In this document: positions 37,364 to 47,012 of the stretch, in pieces | How positions within the stretch are numbered: the stretch's first letter is position 1 | Layout: every line of letters begins with the position of its first letter | Assembly: GCA_964472315.1 (NCBI GenBank) | Contig: CAYYJS010000016.1 | Location: 265-64,264 of the forward strand | Direction of reading: 5' to 3' | Length of the DNA stretch: 64,000 bases | DNA from: an uncultured Victivallales bacterium | Lineage (GTDB): Bacteria; Verrucomicrobiota; Kiritimatiellia; UBA8416 | Position numbers and translations under genes: made by a program | The notes under the pieces: model-generated | The model's input: only the letters and a program-made list of their open reading frames with translations | Database searches by the model: none | Told to the model about the DNA's origin: nothing

Positions 37364-40300
37364 CTATCGTCCCCGACGCGGGCGTCCTTCGCCGGGTTCC
37401 CGGTCGAGCTGTGCGCGCCGCTCGATGATCGAGATGCCGTTGACCGTCTCGATCCGGGGAAACCCGCGGAGCAAGCCTTGCCGGACCAATTCCTCGTCAA
37501 CCCAGAGATGCTCGATCGGACTCCCCTGCAGGGGCGACAGGTCCGTCACCTTGCTTCCAACGCAGGCGAACGACGTCAGCGGCGCGCCGCGCAGTGGCTC
37601 CAGGTCCGACACGCGGGTACGGCAGATGTTGACGGACGACAACGATATGCCTTTGAGCGGCGTCAGACTGGATACGGACGTGTCGTCGATGTTGAGCACG
37701 TGTAACGGCAAACCGCGGCAGAAATCGAGATCCGACAGTTCCGTGCCGGAGAGATTCAGATGCCGCAACGGTTGGTTCCGCAGCGGCGCGAAGTCGGCAA
37801 TGGACGTTCCGGAAGCCTCGAACCGCGTCAACGACATCCCCTTCACGGCCGACAGCTCGCGTACCTTCGTTCCATTGATCAGCAGCGTCGACATGGCACG
37901 CGAACCGATACTGTCGAGACTGCGGATCGGAGTGTCGCTGACGTCGAGCCACTCGACTTTCGGCGCCTGCTGCAGAAACGAGAAATCGGCGACGCGCGAT
38001 CCCCGCACGTCCACGTACCGCAACGGCATGCCGAGGACGGGGCGCATGTTACTCACGTAGCTCCCGGCAATGTTGAGGTGCTCCACGGGCATGCCGCCCA
38101 AGGGGGCAAGGTCAAGCACCTTGGTATCCGCGCAAGTCAGCGCCTTCAGCATCATGCCGCGCAGGGGAGACAGATCCCTGACCTCGGTGTTCGACACGTC
38201 AAGCGACGTGAGCGGCATGCCCTGCAGGCACCGCAGTTCATTGACGCGACAATCGCGCACGCGCACCGTGCTCAGCGGCATGCCGCGCAACGGCAGCAGG
38301 TCCCGGAGCCGACCCCGTTCGTTCCTGTTTGGCGGCTCGTAGTGGAACTCCCGCAACCCGGTCATCGCGGCCACCGGCGCGATCGTTTCCACTTCGCCAT
38401 CGCGGATCGTCAGACCGATACAGACCCCGTCTTCCATGCGGATCTCGAAGGATTCCGGATCGGCACGCGTGTTCATTTCGCCCAGCAACTTCAGCGCCTT
38501 GTCCACATCGCCGCGGGCGCTCGCGATGTCTTTGCCCAACAACGGCCTCGAAACGGTTGCGGGCGGGGTAGCGTCCGCGGTGCCGTCCACCTCGACCGGC
38601 GCCGGCACCGGTGCGGCGGCTGGCGCCGCGCCAAGGGCCGCGACGATATCGCCAGCCTCGCTCGCAAACCGCGTCGCACCGTGTGCGCGTACGTACGCGA
38701 CGATGGATTCATCCACGCGCGCCTTGAGCGCGGGGTCAATCGGGCGACCGCGAACCGTGGACAGCCAGACATCATGGTCGTAGGCGCCGACGCCGTACCC
38801 GAAACTGGCCAGCAAGGCCCCAAGCGCCTGTCGCGCATCCGTCTCGGCACGGTCGGCGCTGGCCTGCTCCAGACCCGCGCAAAGACGGTCGGCAAGCGCG
38901 GGGTGCGTCATCGCGAAGTACTTGCGCGCGTGATCGAACGCCTTCGATTCGTAGGCCATGATCCCTTTGGCCAGCGCCACGTCCTGTTCGGCATCCGCGC
39001 CCATGCGCAGCAAGCGCTCGCGTGCCGACAGGTCCGCCACCCCGAAACTGATCACGCTGTGCACATAACGCTCGCTGCTGATGAAGTGCTTGCATGTGAC
39101 GCGCCCCCCGGCCACGCTGTCGATCGCCACGCGTTTGACACCGGACGCGAACTGCACGTCGACCATCTGCCCACGCTGGTTGTCGAACGACTGCAGGATG
39201 CGCTCGTCCACGCGCATCGCGCCCTGAAGCACGGCGAGGACCTCGCGAAGCACCGGCACGGATGGGTGCGTGGCCTGGCTGTCGATGAGGCGCGCGACAA
39301 GCAGCACACCGCCGGGAAGATCGCCGCCAAGCACGCCGGCCACCACCCCGTCGTATGTCTCTTCGATCGCCGCGTCGACTTCGTTCTGTCGCCGTGCGCG
39401 GTCATCGGCCACCGCCCGCGCATCCGCGAGCAACTTGTCCGCCATCTGGCGGCGCAGGGAAAGCGTCTCGTCCGCCAGTTGTCCTTGGTACCCCCGGATG
39501 TGTTCGGCGGCCGCCTCGATGCGCCCCTGCGCGACCATCGGAGCAACCTCCGATTTGAGCCGTTCGATGATCTGGCGACGGACTTCCTGACGACGGTCGG
39601 ACAGCCGCGTAGCGGCCGTCTGCGCCATCAGCGAGTATTTCGTGCCGGCGGCGTCGGTAACGACACGCCGGTAGTTCACGGCGGCTGTGCTCAGGTCGTC
39701 CGGATGCTCGGTCTCCCATCGCTGCGCATACTCGAACATCTCACGCGCCCTGCGGTCGCCCGGCGACTCGACCGGCGCCCGTGCCACCGGTTGTGTGGTG
39801 GTCGTCACGGACGGCGGGGACGCGGCCCGCCGATGCGACATCGCCACAAGATTCCAAATACCGATGAGAACCGCCACACCGATGCCAGCCACCAGCGCCA
39901 CCTTGACCATCGGGGTGCGCGTCGCCGCGGCGGTCTCCCGCAGGCGGCGGGCCCGGTTGTAGTCTGAAACCAGGCGACGCGCACTGCGCCGGATGGTGCT
40001 GCTGCCTTCCGGCAACGGCTTTCCGACCGGCGTCAGCCCCTTGCGCACTCGCGCCAGATCGGCTTTGACCGCTTCCCAACTCTCCTGCCGGAGGTCGCGC
40101 TGTTTCGCCAACATACGCTCGATCAGCCAACATAACCCCTTCGACAGCCCCGGCACCGTATCCAAGGGGTCGGGCACCGTTTCCGTGGTCTGCATTTCGA
40201 TCGTCGTCTCGGCGTCCTTGCCCTGAAACAGCATCTCGCCCGTGACCAGGTGGTACAACGTGGCACCCAGCGAGTAGATGTCGGCGCGACAGTCGAGATC

Positions 40301-40861
40301 GACAAGTCCCTCGGCCTGTTCGGGCGACATGTAGGCCGGCGTACCCATGATGTCCTGCAAGGCATCGGCATCCTGCATGGCGCTGATCGTCCGGGCCAAC
40401 CCCAGATCCGCCACCTTCACGGATCCGTCTTCATCGACCATGATGTTGTCGGGCTTGATGTCGCAGTGGATGATGCGCTCGCGGTCCCAGGCATAGCCCA
40501 GGGCATCCGCGACGGATTCACAGACGAGCAGCGCCTCGCGCTCGGGAATCCGGCCCTTCCGCCGCACCCAGTCGCCGGTCGTGTAGCCGGCCACGTACTC
40601 CATGACGAAGTAATAGAGCCCGTTTTCGGCATTGGCATCGTATACCTGCACGATACCGGGATGCTTCAGTTTCGCGGCCGCGCGGGCCTCCGTCTGAAAC
40701 CGCGCGATATCCTCCGCGTCGCCGGCCAACTTGGACGAGAGCACCTTGATGGCCACGATACGGTCCAGCGACACCTGTCGCGCCTTCCAGACCGAGGCCA
40801 TGCCCCCTTCACCCAGTTTCGATAGGATGTCGAACCCGGTCAATTGTTCGGGATGACTCAT
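37364..40861 (-). CDS. Receptor-like Ser/Thr protein kinase: cytoplasmic Hanks kinase, one TM helix, long helical region, about 13 C-terminal leucine-rich repeats
   Basis: GEGGMASVWKA, VAIKVL, HCDIKPDNIMV, DLGLAR and GTPAYMSPEQ; TM VALVAGIGVAVLIGIWNLVAM; 21-residue repeats of the type L.PL.GMPL..L.v..T.V.D. Confidence 0.85.
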   Translation of the reverse strand: MSHPEQLTGFDILSKLGEGGMASVWKARQVSLDRIVAIKVLSSKLAGDAEDIARFQTEARAAAKLKHPGIVQVYDANAENGLYYFVMEYVAGYTTGDWVRRKGRIPEREALLVCESVADALGYAWDRERIIHCDIKPDNIMVDEDGSVKVADLGLARTISAMQDADALQDIMGTPAYMSPEQAEGLVDLDCRADIYSLGATLYHLVTGEMLFQGKDAETTIEMQTTETVPDPLDTVPGLSKGLCWLIERMLAKQRDLRQESWEAVKADLARVRKGLTPVGKPLPEGSSTIRRSARRLVSDYNRARRLRETAAATRTPMVKVALVAGIGVAVLIGIWNLVAMSHRRAASPPSVTTTTQPVARAPVESPGDRRAREMFEYAQRWETEHPDDLSTAAVNYRRVVTDAAGTKYSLMAQTAATRLSDRRQEVRRQIIERLKSEVAPMVAQGRIEAAAEHIRGYQGQLADETLSLRRQMADKLLADARAVADDRARRQNEVDAAIEETYDGVVAGVLGGDLPGGVLLVARLIDSQATHPSVPVLREVLAVLQGAMRVDERILQSFDNQRGQMVDVQFASGVKRVAIDSVAGGRVTCKHFISSERYVHSVISFGVADLSARERLLRMGADAEQDVALAKGIMAYESKAFDHARKYFAMTHPALADRLCAGLEQASADRAETDARQALGALLASFGYGVGAYDHDVWLSTVRGRPIDPALKARVDESIVAYVRAHGATRFASEAGDIVAALGAAPAAAPVPAPVEVDGTADATPPATVSRPLLGKDIASARGDVDKALKLLGEMNTRADPESFEIRMEDGVCIGLTIRDGEVETIAPVAAMTGLREFHYEPPNRNERGRLRDLLPLRGMPLSTVRVRDCRVNELRCLQGMPLTSLDVSNTEVRDLSPLRGMMLKALTCADTKVLDLAPLGGMPVEHLNIAGSYVSNMRPVLGMPLRYVDVRGSRVADFSFLQQAPKVEWLDVSDTPIRSLDSIGSRAMSTLLINGTKVRELSAVKGMSLTRFEASGTSIADFAPLRNQPLRHLNLSGTELSDLDFCRGLPLHVLNIDDTSVSSLTPLKGISLSSVNICRTRVSDLEPLRGAPLTSFACVGSKVTDLSPLQGSPIEHLWVDEELVRQGLLRGFPRIETVNGISIIERRAQLDREPGEGRPRRGR

Positions 40862-42111
40862 CGCCGGCACCCCGTACCGCCGCACGAAGGACACTCGGAC
40901 ACGCCACCGCCATGGCAATGGGGGCATGGCTTCCCACGGTATACGCCGGTCTTCGCGCACCGGGTACAATCGACCAGCCCCTGCCCGACGCAACGCGAAC
41001 ACGCTTTCGCCACGCCCGTCCCGCCGCAACCGCGACAGAGGATCCCGCCGACACCGTTGCATCGGTCGCACGCGATCAGGCCATCGCCGCCGCAAACCGT
41101 GCATTTCACCTTTCGGAGCAGCGCCTTCCCGCCAAGCTTACCCCCGGATTCCGTTTCAACCTCGCCGTTCCGGCAGTTCTTCGCGGTGCAGGCGACCCGC
41201 CCCTGTCCGCGGCAGGCTTCGCAATCGCAACGCCCGAACCCCTCACAATCGGAACACGGCACCCCCAAGGCCCGCTTCAATGCCACGGCATCCGTGACAG
41301 ACAACCGACCGGCGACAACGTCAGGCACCCAGGACAGACCCACCGGAACCCTGCCGCGCGCCTGCTGCAACACGCGATACCGATTGCCGGCCTGACCTCG
41401 CGCAAATCTCAACTCGTCGATCGTCAACTGCCCGCGTACGACCCCGCTGCCTTCGCATCGCCGACAACGACCGGCGGCGACCTGCACGGTCTCCCGCGAA
41501 CTGATGGATCCGACATCGAGCACGCCTTTGCCGGATCCCTGACACTGCGGGCACTTGCGCTCGGTCGATCGTCCCCCTCGCTCACAAGCGTCGATCAGTT
41601 GCATGATCGCTCCCGCCCGTTCGTCACGGCGCGTCCCCGGCGTCGTCAACAGGTTTAGCGCCAGTGCGTTACGGCAGAACAACCGCGCGATATCCACGTC
41701 ACCGTCCTGGAACCGCATACGGGCCTGCTCGATCTCGCCGGAGACGGTGTCGTCCGGGATGCGTCCGTCCGCCACATCCAGCTTGTCTTCCACTCCGGAC
41801 ACGGTGCCCGTATCCGGCGTCGCCGGCGCGCGATCCGGAAGCGCAGCCTCGCAATGCGAACACCTCGCCCGCCCCGCCGGGTTCTCATGGCCGCAACTCC
41901 CGCAGATCGTCGGCGAAGCCCCGGCCATGAGCACCACGGCCGCAACCGCAACCAGCCCGACCAGCAGACGTTTCGCATGCGCGCTCGGGTATGAACCCGC
42001 TTCGGCGTCAATGGGTTTCACAAACGCCCTCCAAAACCGTACCGAAATCGCAATAGTCGCGCCTACGGATTCGTTATATCTGATAAGAACACGCATACGG
42101 GGGCTGATCAT
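40858..42111 (-). CDS. Membrane-anchored cysteine-rich protein with zinc-ribbon and ten DnaJ-CR-type CxxCxGxG motifs
   Basis: TM LLVGLVAVAAVVLMAGA; CGSCGH..CSHC ribbon; then CPQCQGSG, CRRCEGSG, CSDCEGFG, CEACRGQG, CTVCGGDG, CDRCNGVG, CRGCGGTG, CSRCVGQG, CPHCHGGG, CPSCGGTG. ATGA overlap with the kinase start. Confidence 0.7.
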   Translation of the reverse strand: MISPRMRVLIRYNESVGATIAISVRFWRAFVKPIDAEAGSYPSAHAKRLLVGLVAVAAVVLMAGASPTICGSCGHENPAGRARCSHCEAALPDRAPATPDTGTVSGVEDKLDVADGRIPDDTVSGEIEQARMRFQDGDVDIARLFCRNALALNLLTTPGTRRDERAGAIMQLIDACERGGRSTERKCPQCQGSGKGVLDVGSISSRETVQVAAGRCRRCEGSGVVRGQLTIDELRFARGQAGNRYRVLQQARGRVPVGLSWVPDVVAGRLSVTDAVALKRALGVPCSDCEGFGRCDCEACRGQGRVACTAKNCRNGEVETESGGKLGGKALLRKVKCTVCGGDGLIACDRCNGVGGILCRGCGGTGVAKACSRCVGQGLVDCTRCAKTGVYRGKPCPHCHGGGVSECPSCGGTGCRR

Positions 42112-42155
42112 AGGCGTTTACAGGGTTTCGTCAAGGTGCTAGTCTACTCGATGGA

Positions 42156-42368
42156 ATGTATACGTATCGCCACATTCGGGGCAAGCTCGCATGCCGAATC
42201 CGACGTTTTTTCGCCCCTTGCGGAGGTCGTGACGGTCAAGCTATGATCGAATACATGGTCGCGGCGGTCATGCTGCTCATGGCCACCGTGATTCTCGCTC
42301 TCGTTCTTTATACCTTTCGAGAACACAGCGGGCGGGTGCTCGATCTCGCGGCATCCGAGTACCCATAA
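42156..42368 (+). CDS. Flp-family type IVb pilin (candidate)
   Basis: Leader ends ...GGRDG then QAMIEYMVAAVMLLMATVILALV, matching the Flp G/XXXXEY processing motif plus a hydrophobic stretch. The start codon is uncertain. Confidence 0.55.
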   Translation: MYTYRHIRGKLACRIRRFFAPCGGRDGQAMIEYMVAAVMLLMATVILALVLYTFREHSGRVLDLAASEYP

Positions 42369-42427
42369 CCGCGGCAACGGCGGAACGGAGAGAGAACGCA
42401 ACGGATACGACAGGAGGAGATGGAGCG

Positions 42428-42667
42428 ATGAACGCAAGACAGAGTCGGAAGAGCGGACAAACCATGGTCGAGTACATCATTATCGTCGTCATCATCGCCA
42501 TCGCGGCAATCGCGATTTTCGGTGTCTTCGGCGATACCATCCGGGCCAAGCTCGGCGGCGCGGTCACCGAGTTGGGCGGCGATGAAAGCGCACGCGATAC
42601 GGCGCTGAGCACAGGCTCCGCCGATGCGCTCAAGGACCTCGATGCCGAGGGTGGTCTGACTCCGTAG
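42428..42667 (+). CDS. Flp-family type IVb pilin
   Basis: MNARQSRKSG / QTMVEYIIIVVIIAIAAIAIFG has a short basic leader, the G/XXXXEY motif and a hydrophobic helix. AGGAGG lies upstream. Confidence 0.75.
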   Translation: MNARQSRKSGQTMVEYIIIVVIIAIAAIAIFGVFGDTIRAKLGGAVTELGGDESARDTALSTGSADALKDLDAEGGLTP

Positions 42668-42741
42668 CACGCGGACAGACCCTTAACCCCGGTTGCTCGC
42701 GTCGACGGGCACTCCGTAGAGGCGCCCGCATCGATACGCGG

Positions 42742-43416
42742 ATGGAGGCGGGTTTGCAGTCAGCCGGACTATTCTTACGGATCCGCGACCGGCAACCGGC
42801 CGGTACGCGGCAGTCGGGGCAGTCTCTCATCGAAGCCGCGCTGGCCGTGATGATGATCTGCCTGATCCTTTTCGGGCTGCTTCAGATTTCCCAGCTCTTC
42901 GCGGCCAAGGAAGTGCTCCACCATACCGCCGCGCGCGCGGCCCGCGCGAAAACCGTGGGCTTCAACGGGTTCATGGTCGCCAAGGCCGCCCGCATCGCCT
43001 CGATCCCGATCGCGGGCCGCATGCGCGAGCCGGCGTTCACGAACGAGGACCTCGCGTTGCGCGCCCTGGTGAGCGACCTTCGCCCGGGACAGCTCTGGGA
43101 TGCCGTGCTGTCCGACATGACCCCGTCCGGGCTGCAGTACGAGATCGAACGGGCACGTATCCCGGAGTACATGGGCGCCGAACACTGGTCCACGGCCCAC
43201 TGGGTTCTGGACTACGACGGCTGGGACTCGCTCAGCATCGGTTTCACGAGTTCCCCCGATCCCGACGACCCGATGCTGCACGTACGCGTGCGGCACGAGT
43301 TCGCGCTCTGGGTTCCCATGCACCGCACCTTCTACGATGCCGACACCGTCGAACTCGACGGCGAAACGCACATCGAAAACCATTACCCGCTTTACATCGA
43401 CGAGGAGTACTGGTGA
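42742..43416 (+). CDS. TadE-like pseudopilin
   Basis: SGQSLIEAALAVMMICLILFGLLQISQLF is a TadE N-terminal pattern. Confidence 0.65.
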   Translation: MEAGLQSAGLFLRIRDRQPAGTRQSGQSLIEAALAVMMICLILFGLLQISQLFAAKEVLHHTAARAARAKTVGFNGFMVAKAARIASIPIAGRMREPAFTNEDLALRALVSDLRPGQLWDAVLSDMTPSGLQYEIERARIPEYMGAEHWSTAHWVLDYDGWDSLSIGFTSSPDPDDPMLHVRVRHEFALWVPMHRTFYDADTVELDGETHIENHYPLYIDEEYW

Positions 43417-43420
43417 CCCG

Positions 43421-44863
43421 ATGAACGCCCCCCGCATGACCGCCGAGACCGTCCGCCGAGCCGCCCGCAAGGCCGGCCAGGTAATGGTGTTTTTCATCAT
43501 GGCCGTCGTCATCGTCACGTTCTTCGTTCTCTACAATTTCGATCTCCATAAGCTACTCCACGTCAAGGCCGTCAGCCAAAACGGCGGCGACGCGGCCGCC
43601 CTGATGGCGGCACGGTGGCAGGGCATCACGCTCAACCTCGTCGGCGACCTGAACATCATGCAGGCCCTCGCCTTGAGCGCGGGCGACCGCGATGCCGCCG
43701 ATGCGATCAACGGCATCCAGGCCCGCCTGGCCTACACGGGGCCCATGATCGCCCTCCAGGCGTCGCAACAGGCCGCCAAGAACAACGGCATCTTCGTCAA
43801 CGCCGAATTCAGCGATTACCTCGCCGAACACGCCCGCGCCGTACGCGAGGACTACACCGCCCCCGTCGGTCCCGGCGGCGAAATGCTGTTCCCGCCGCCC
43901 TGGGACGGCGCCTGGGACGACTACGCCGACATGCTCGATCTCGCCGCCGCCGACGGCATCGCCGCCGCTCCGGACAACATGCGGCTCTATACCGACAGCA
44001 CGGACGGCCATACACTCCTGCGCATCGATTTCTACGAAGCCATCGCCGGACGGAGCTGGTGCTGGTTCTACCACAACGAGCCGACCTTGCTCGAAGATTA
44101 CCGCAATTTCTTCCCCTGCTGGTGGACCGCGATCCCCGAACCGACCGACCGTTATTTCATCAACAGCGAGATTTACGGCGTCGGCCTGCGCAAGGTCGTG
44201 ACAAGTCTCGACCGCTTGATCGGCGATGCGGCGCGGATCAACCCCCTCGCCGTAGAACGCGGTTTCGCCGGCGCCGTCACGTCCACCGGCATGGCCGCCG
44301 AAGCCACCTGGTACTGCTACAGCGACAGCGTCTGGACCGACTGGGATGCCATGTCCACCGACGGCGAATGGCCGATGCCGCTCACCGGCCGGGTGCGGCC
44401 GCGGTATAACTACCTCGGCGCCGATGCCGCCGTGCGCGTCGAAGCCTCCACGGGGCGTCTGACACCGGGACCGCATGCCTCGCTGACCACCAACACGATC
44501 ACCTGGAGCGCGGCCGCCAAACCGTTTGGCGCCCTCGATGAAGAAACGCGCCCCGATGCGTTCGATCTCGTGCTGCCCGCCTTCCGCGACGTACGCCTGT
44601 TCCCCATCGACGCCTCGTCGGCGCCCGCCGGCGGCTCGTACAACCTGGACTGGCGCCGCCACATTGAACTGCACCTGCCGCTGTACATGGAGGGCGGTCC
44701 CGCCGCACTCCCCGCCTGCTGGTACTGCAACCAGTTGCGCACTTGGGAGAATATCGGTTTTCGCCTCGAAGGCGTCGATTGGCTGTCGCGCTACAGCGAC
44801 CGGTGCATCCCGCACGGCGGCGGCGGCGGCGGTCCCGGCGGCGGACGCAGGAGGGGGCATTGA
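43421..44863 (+). CDS. TadG-like (Tad_N) pilus assembly protein with Gly-rich C-terminus
   Basis: KAGQVMVFFIMAVVIVTFFVLYNFD is followed by a large Trp/Cys-containing domain ending HGGGGGGPGGGRRRGH. Confidence 0.55.
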   Translation: MNAPRMTAETVRRAARKAGQVMVFFIMAVVIVTFFVLYNFDLHKLLHVKAVSQNGGDAAALMAARWQGITLNLVGDLNIMQALALSAGDRDAADAINGIQARLAYTGPMIALQASQQAAKNNGIFVNAEFSDYLAEHARAVREDYTAPVGPGGEMLFPPPWDGAWDDYADMLDLAAADGIAAAPDNMRLYTDSTDGHTLLRIDFYEAIAGRSWCWFYHNEPTLLEDYRNFFPCWWTAIPEPTDRYFINSEIYGVGLRKVVTSLDRLIGDAARINPLAVERGFAGAVTSTGMAAEATWYCYSDSVWTDWDAMSTDGEWPMPLTGRVRPRYNYLGADAAVRVEASTGRLTPGPHASLTTNTITWSAAAKPFGALDEETRPDAFDLVLPAFRDVRLFPIDASSAPAGGSYNLDWRRHIELHLPLYMEGGPAALPACWYCNQLRTWENIGFRLEGVDWLSRYSDRCIPHGGGGGGPGGGRRRGH

Positions 44864-45381
44864 TGAACGCTTCACGGTCCGGTCAGGCCATGGTCGAACT
44901 CATTGTCGGCATGATCGTCATCCTGGCCTTGGTCGCCGGCATGCTGCAGGTGGCCTCGCTCACCCGCGCCCATACCGCGGTCATGGTCGAAGCCCGTGGC
45001 CGCGCCGGCGGCCTCGCCATGTCCGACGCCTTCATCACGGCCATTCCCGATTACATCGCCGATGTCGAGGTGGGCCCCGACGGCCGCTCCTATTCCCGCG
45101 ACGACACGCACACCGCCGCCAGTCTGGTCGATCTCGACAACGTCATCGTCACCCCCACCGCGCCCGCGGCGGGCGACTGGGCGTACCTCGACGCCGTTCC
45201 CGGCAACCGGGTTTCGGCGCTCCATCGCAGTCCCGCGCCCGTACTCGAATTCGGCCTCATCGGCACGGAGGAACACGCGGTCATCGCCCTGCTTCCCGCC
45301 GTGCGCACGCTGCTCTACGATGCCGAGGAAATCGAGGTCGAAGCCAAGGTGTGGATGACCTGGACACGCGGGATTTACTGA
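44863..45381 (+). CDS. TadE-like pseudopilin
   Basis: MNASRSGQAMVELIVGMIVILALVAGMLQVASL. Its ATG overlaps the upstream stop (TGATG). Confidence 0.65.
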   Translation: MNASRSGQAMVELIVGMIVILALVAGMLQVASLTRAHTAVMVEARGRAGGLAMSDAFITAIPDYIADVEVGPDGRSYSRDDTHTAASLVDLDNVIVTPTAPAAGDWAYLDAVPGNRVSALHRSPAPVLEFGLIGTEEHAVIALLPAVRTLLYDAEEIEVEAKVWMTWTRGIY

Positions 45382-46112
45382 TGAGCCGACGACCTTGCCC
45401 GCCACCCATCGCCCTCGCGGCGCTGCTCTGCCTCGTCGCCGCCGCACCGGCATCCGCCCGCGTCTTCGCGCGCTGGGGCAGTCACCGTCAACTCGCGGCC
45501 GCGATGACCGCGCTCGGCGCCCAGTCGGGCTACCAGGCCGAGGTTTCCATCAACGGTCACGATGGCGCCGCCCATGTGTTCCGCATGCCCGGTTCGGTCA
45601 CGGAAACCGTCGCCACGCTTGAGCGCCGCTTCGCCCCGATCCGCTTCGCGTACGATGGCGGGACCATGGCGATCGGCACCGCCGTCGTCGGACGCCTGCG
45701 CCAGTTCATGATCGTTCTGCGGACCGATCTCGCCGACCACTCGATCGTCATGACCGTGTCGGTCGACGGCCTCGGCGACGCCCCGCCCGAAAAGCCCGCG
45801 CGGCACCTGCTCGGACAGGTTCCCGCGTTCCCCGGCGGCGCCCCGACGTTCTTTGCCCACGACCGCGAGGCCGGCATGCGTCTGGCCGTGGCAACCACGT
45901 CATCCGCCCCCGAGGATGTCCAGCGATTCTACGCGCAAAGCCTCCCCGCGGACGGCTGGAAACCGGCGCTGCCGGCCGGCGCTGCCGGATCGCGCGACTT
46001 CCACGTCTACCTGAAAGATCGCGAGATCTGCGGCGTTTTCGCGTCCGCTTCGCCCGCCACCCGCGAGACACGGATAACGGTATTGCATAAGGAACCGGGA
46101 AGGGATAAGTAG
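45381..46112 (+). CDS. Hypothetical secreted protein inside the Tad locus
   Basis: Signal peptide MSRRPCPPPIALAALLCLVAAAPASA. No recognisable motif. Its start overlaps the upstream stop. Confidence 0.55.
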   Translation: MSRRPCPPPIALAALLCLVAAAPASARVFARWGSHRQLAAAMTALGAQSGYQAEVSINGHDGAAHVFRMPGSVTETVATLERRFAPIRFAYDGGTMAIGTAVVGRLRQFMIVLRTDLADHSIVMTVSVDGLGDAPPEKPARHLLGQVPAFPGGAPTFFAHDREAGMRLAVATTSSAPEDVQRFYAQSLPADGWKPALPAGAAGSRDFHVYLKDREICGVFASASPATRETRITVLHKEPGRDK

Positions 46113-46119
46113 TACCTCC

Positions 46120-46947
46120 ATGAAAGACAAGATCATCCCCGTCGTGTCGGTGGCTGTCGGCATCCTTGCGTTTGCCCTCACCATGCAGTATCTGCGCAGC
46201 CGCGAGGATGACCTTCAACGCCGCTGGCGCGAGTTGTACGCCGGGGCCGAAAAGGTCAAAGTCCTCTGCGCCGCGCACACGATCCCGCGCGGCACGGTCA
46301 TCGCCATGGACGATCTGGCCACGAAGTCGGTCTTCAAATCGGCCGTACGGCAGGACGTGCTGCTGCCGGAGGACCTGACCATGATCGTCGGCAAGAAATC
46401 GCTTTTCGAGATCACCGGCAAGGATCCCATTTTCTGGTCGGACATCGAGGGCGGCGCGCCGTCCCTCGGCGGGCTCTCATCCATCGTCACGCCGGGCATG
46501 CGCGCCATATCGCTCAGTGTCGGCGGCGCCGCGGCCGTCAGCGGCATGGTCCTGCCGAACGACCGCGTCGACGTCCTCGGCACGTTCTCCTTTCCGTCAA
46601 AAACCGCCGCGGGCGAAATGGAGACCGTCACCCTGACGGTGCTTCAGGATGTCACCGTCCTGGCGACGGGCCAGACCATGGCCAACGAACAGTACCTGCG
46701 CCAGCGCGACAACATACGCCGCTCGACAGGCTTCAATACGGTGACGCTCGAAGTCACCGCCAAGGAAGCCGAGTTGCTGGTGTTCACCGAACACATGAAG
46801 GGCGCGTTGACGCTGTCCCTGCGCAATCCCCGCGATGTCGATTGGAAACAGGACCTGCCGAGCGTGAACTTCCTGCACCTCCAGAACGAACTGCCCCAAC
46901 TGAATCTGGAACGGCAGCGCGATATTCGGCACAAGAAGGTCCGGTAA
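46120..46947 (+). CDS. cpaB: Flp pilus assembly protein CpaB/RcpC (SAF domain)
   Basis: N-terminal TM (IIPVVSVAVGILAFAL), a SAF-like segment (VLCAAHTIPRGTVI..DDL) and a C-terminal beta-rich RcpC-like region. Confidence 0.7.
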   Translation: MKDKIIPVVSVAVGILAFALTMQYLRSREDDLQRRWRELYAGAEKVKVLCAAHTIPRGTVIAMDDLATKSVFKSAVRQDVLLPEDLTMIVGKKSLFEITGKDPIFWSDIEGGAPSLGGLSSIVTPGMRAISLSVGGAAAVSGMVLPNDRVDVLGTFSFPSKTAAGEMETVTLTVLQDVTVLATGQTMANEQYLRQRDNIRRSTGFNTVTLEVTAKEAELLVFTEHMKGALTLSLRNPRDVDWKQDLPSVNFLHLQNELPQLNLERQRDIRHKKVR

Positions 46948-47012
46948 CGGACACCGAGGCGGTCCCCGCCGCGCCGCCCGGCAACGCCCGCCCGACGAAA
47001 GGGTCAACTGGC

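Noticed and set aside
44526-45380. First 285 codons of the 528-aa ORF 44526-46112
   Set aside because: They overlap the TadG-like and TadE-like genes in another frame. A signal-peptide start at 45381 fits the operon's overlapping stop/start pattern.
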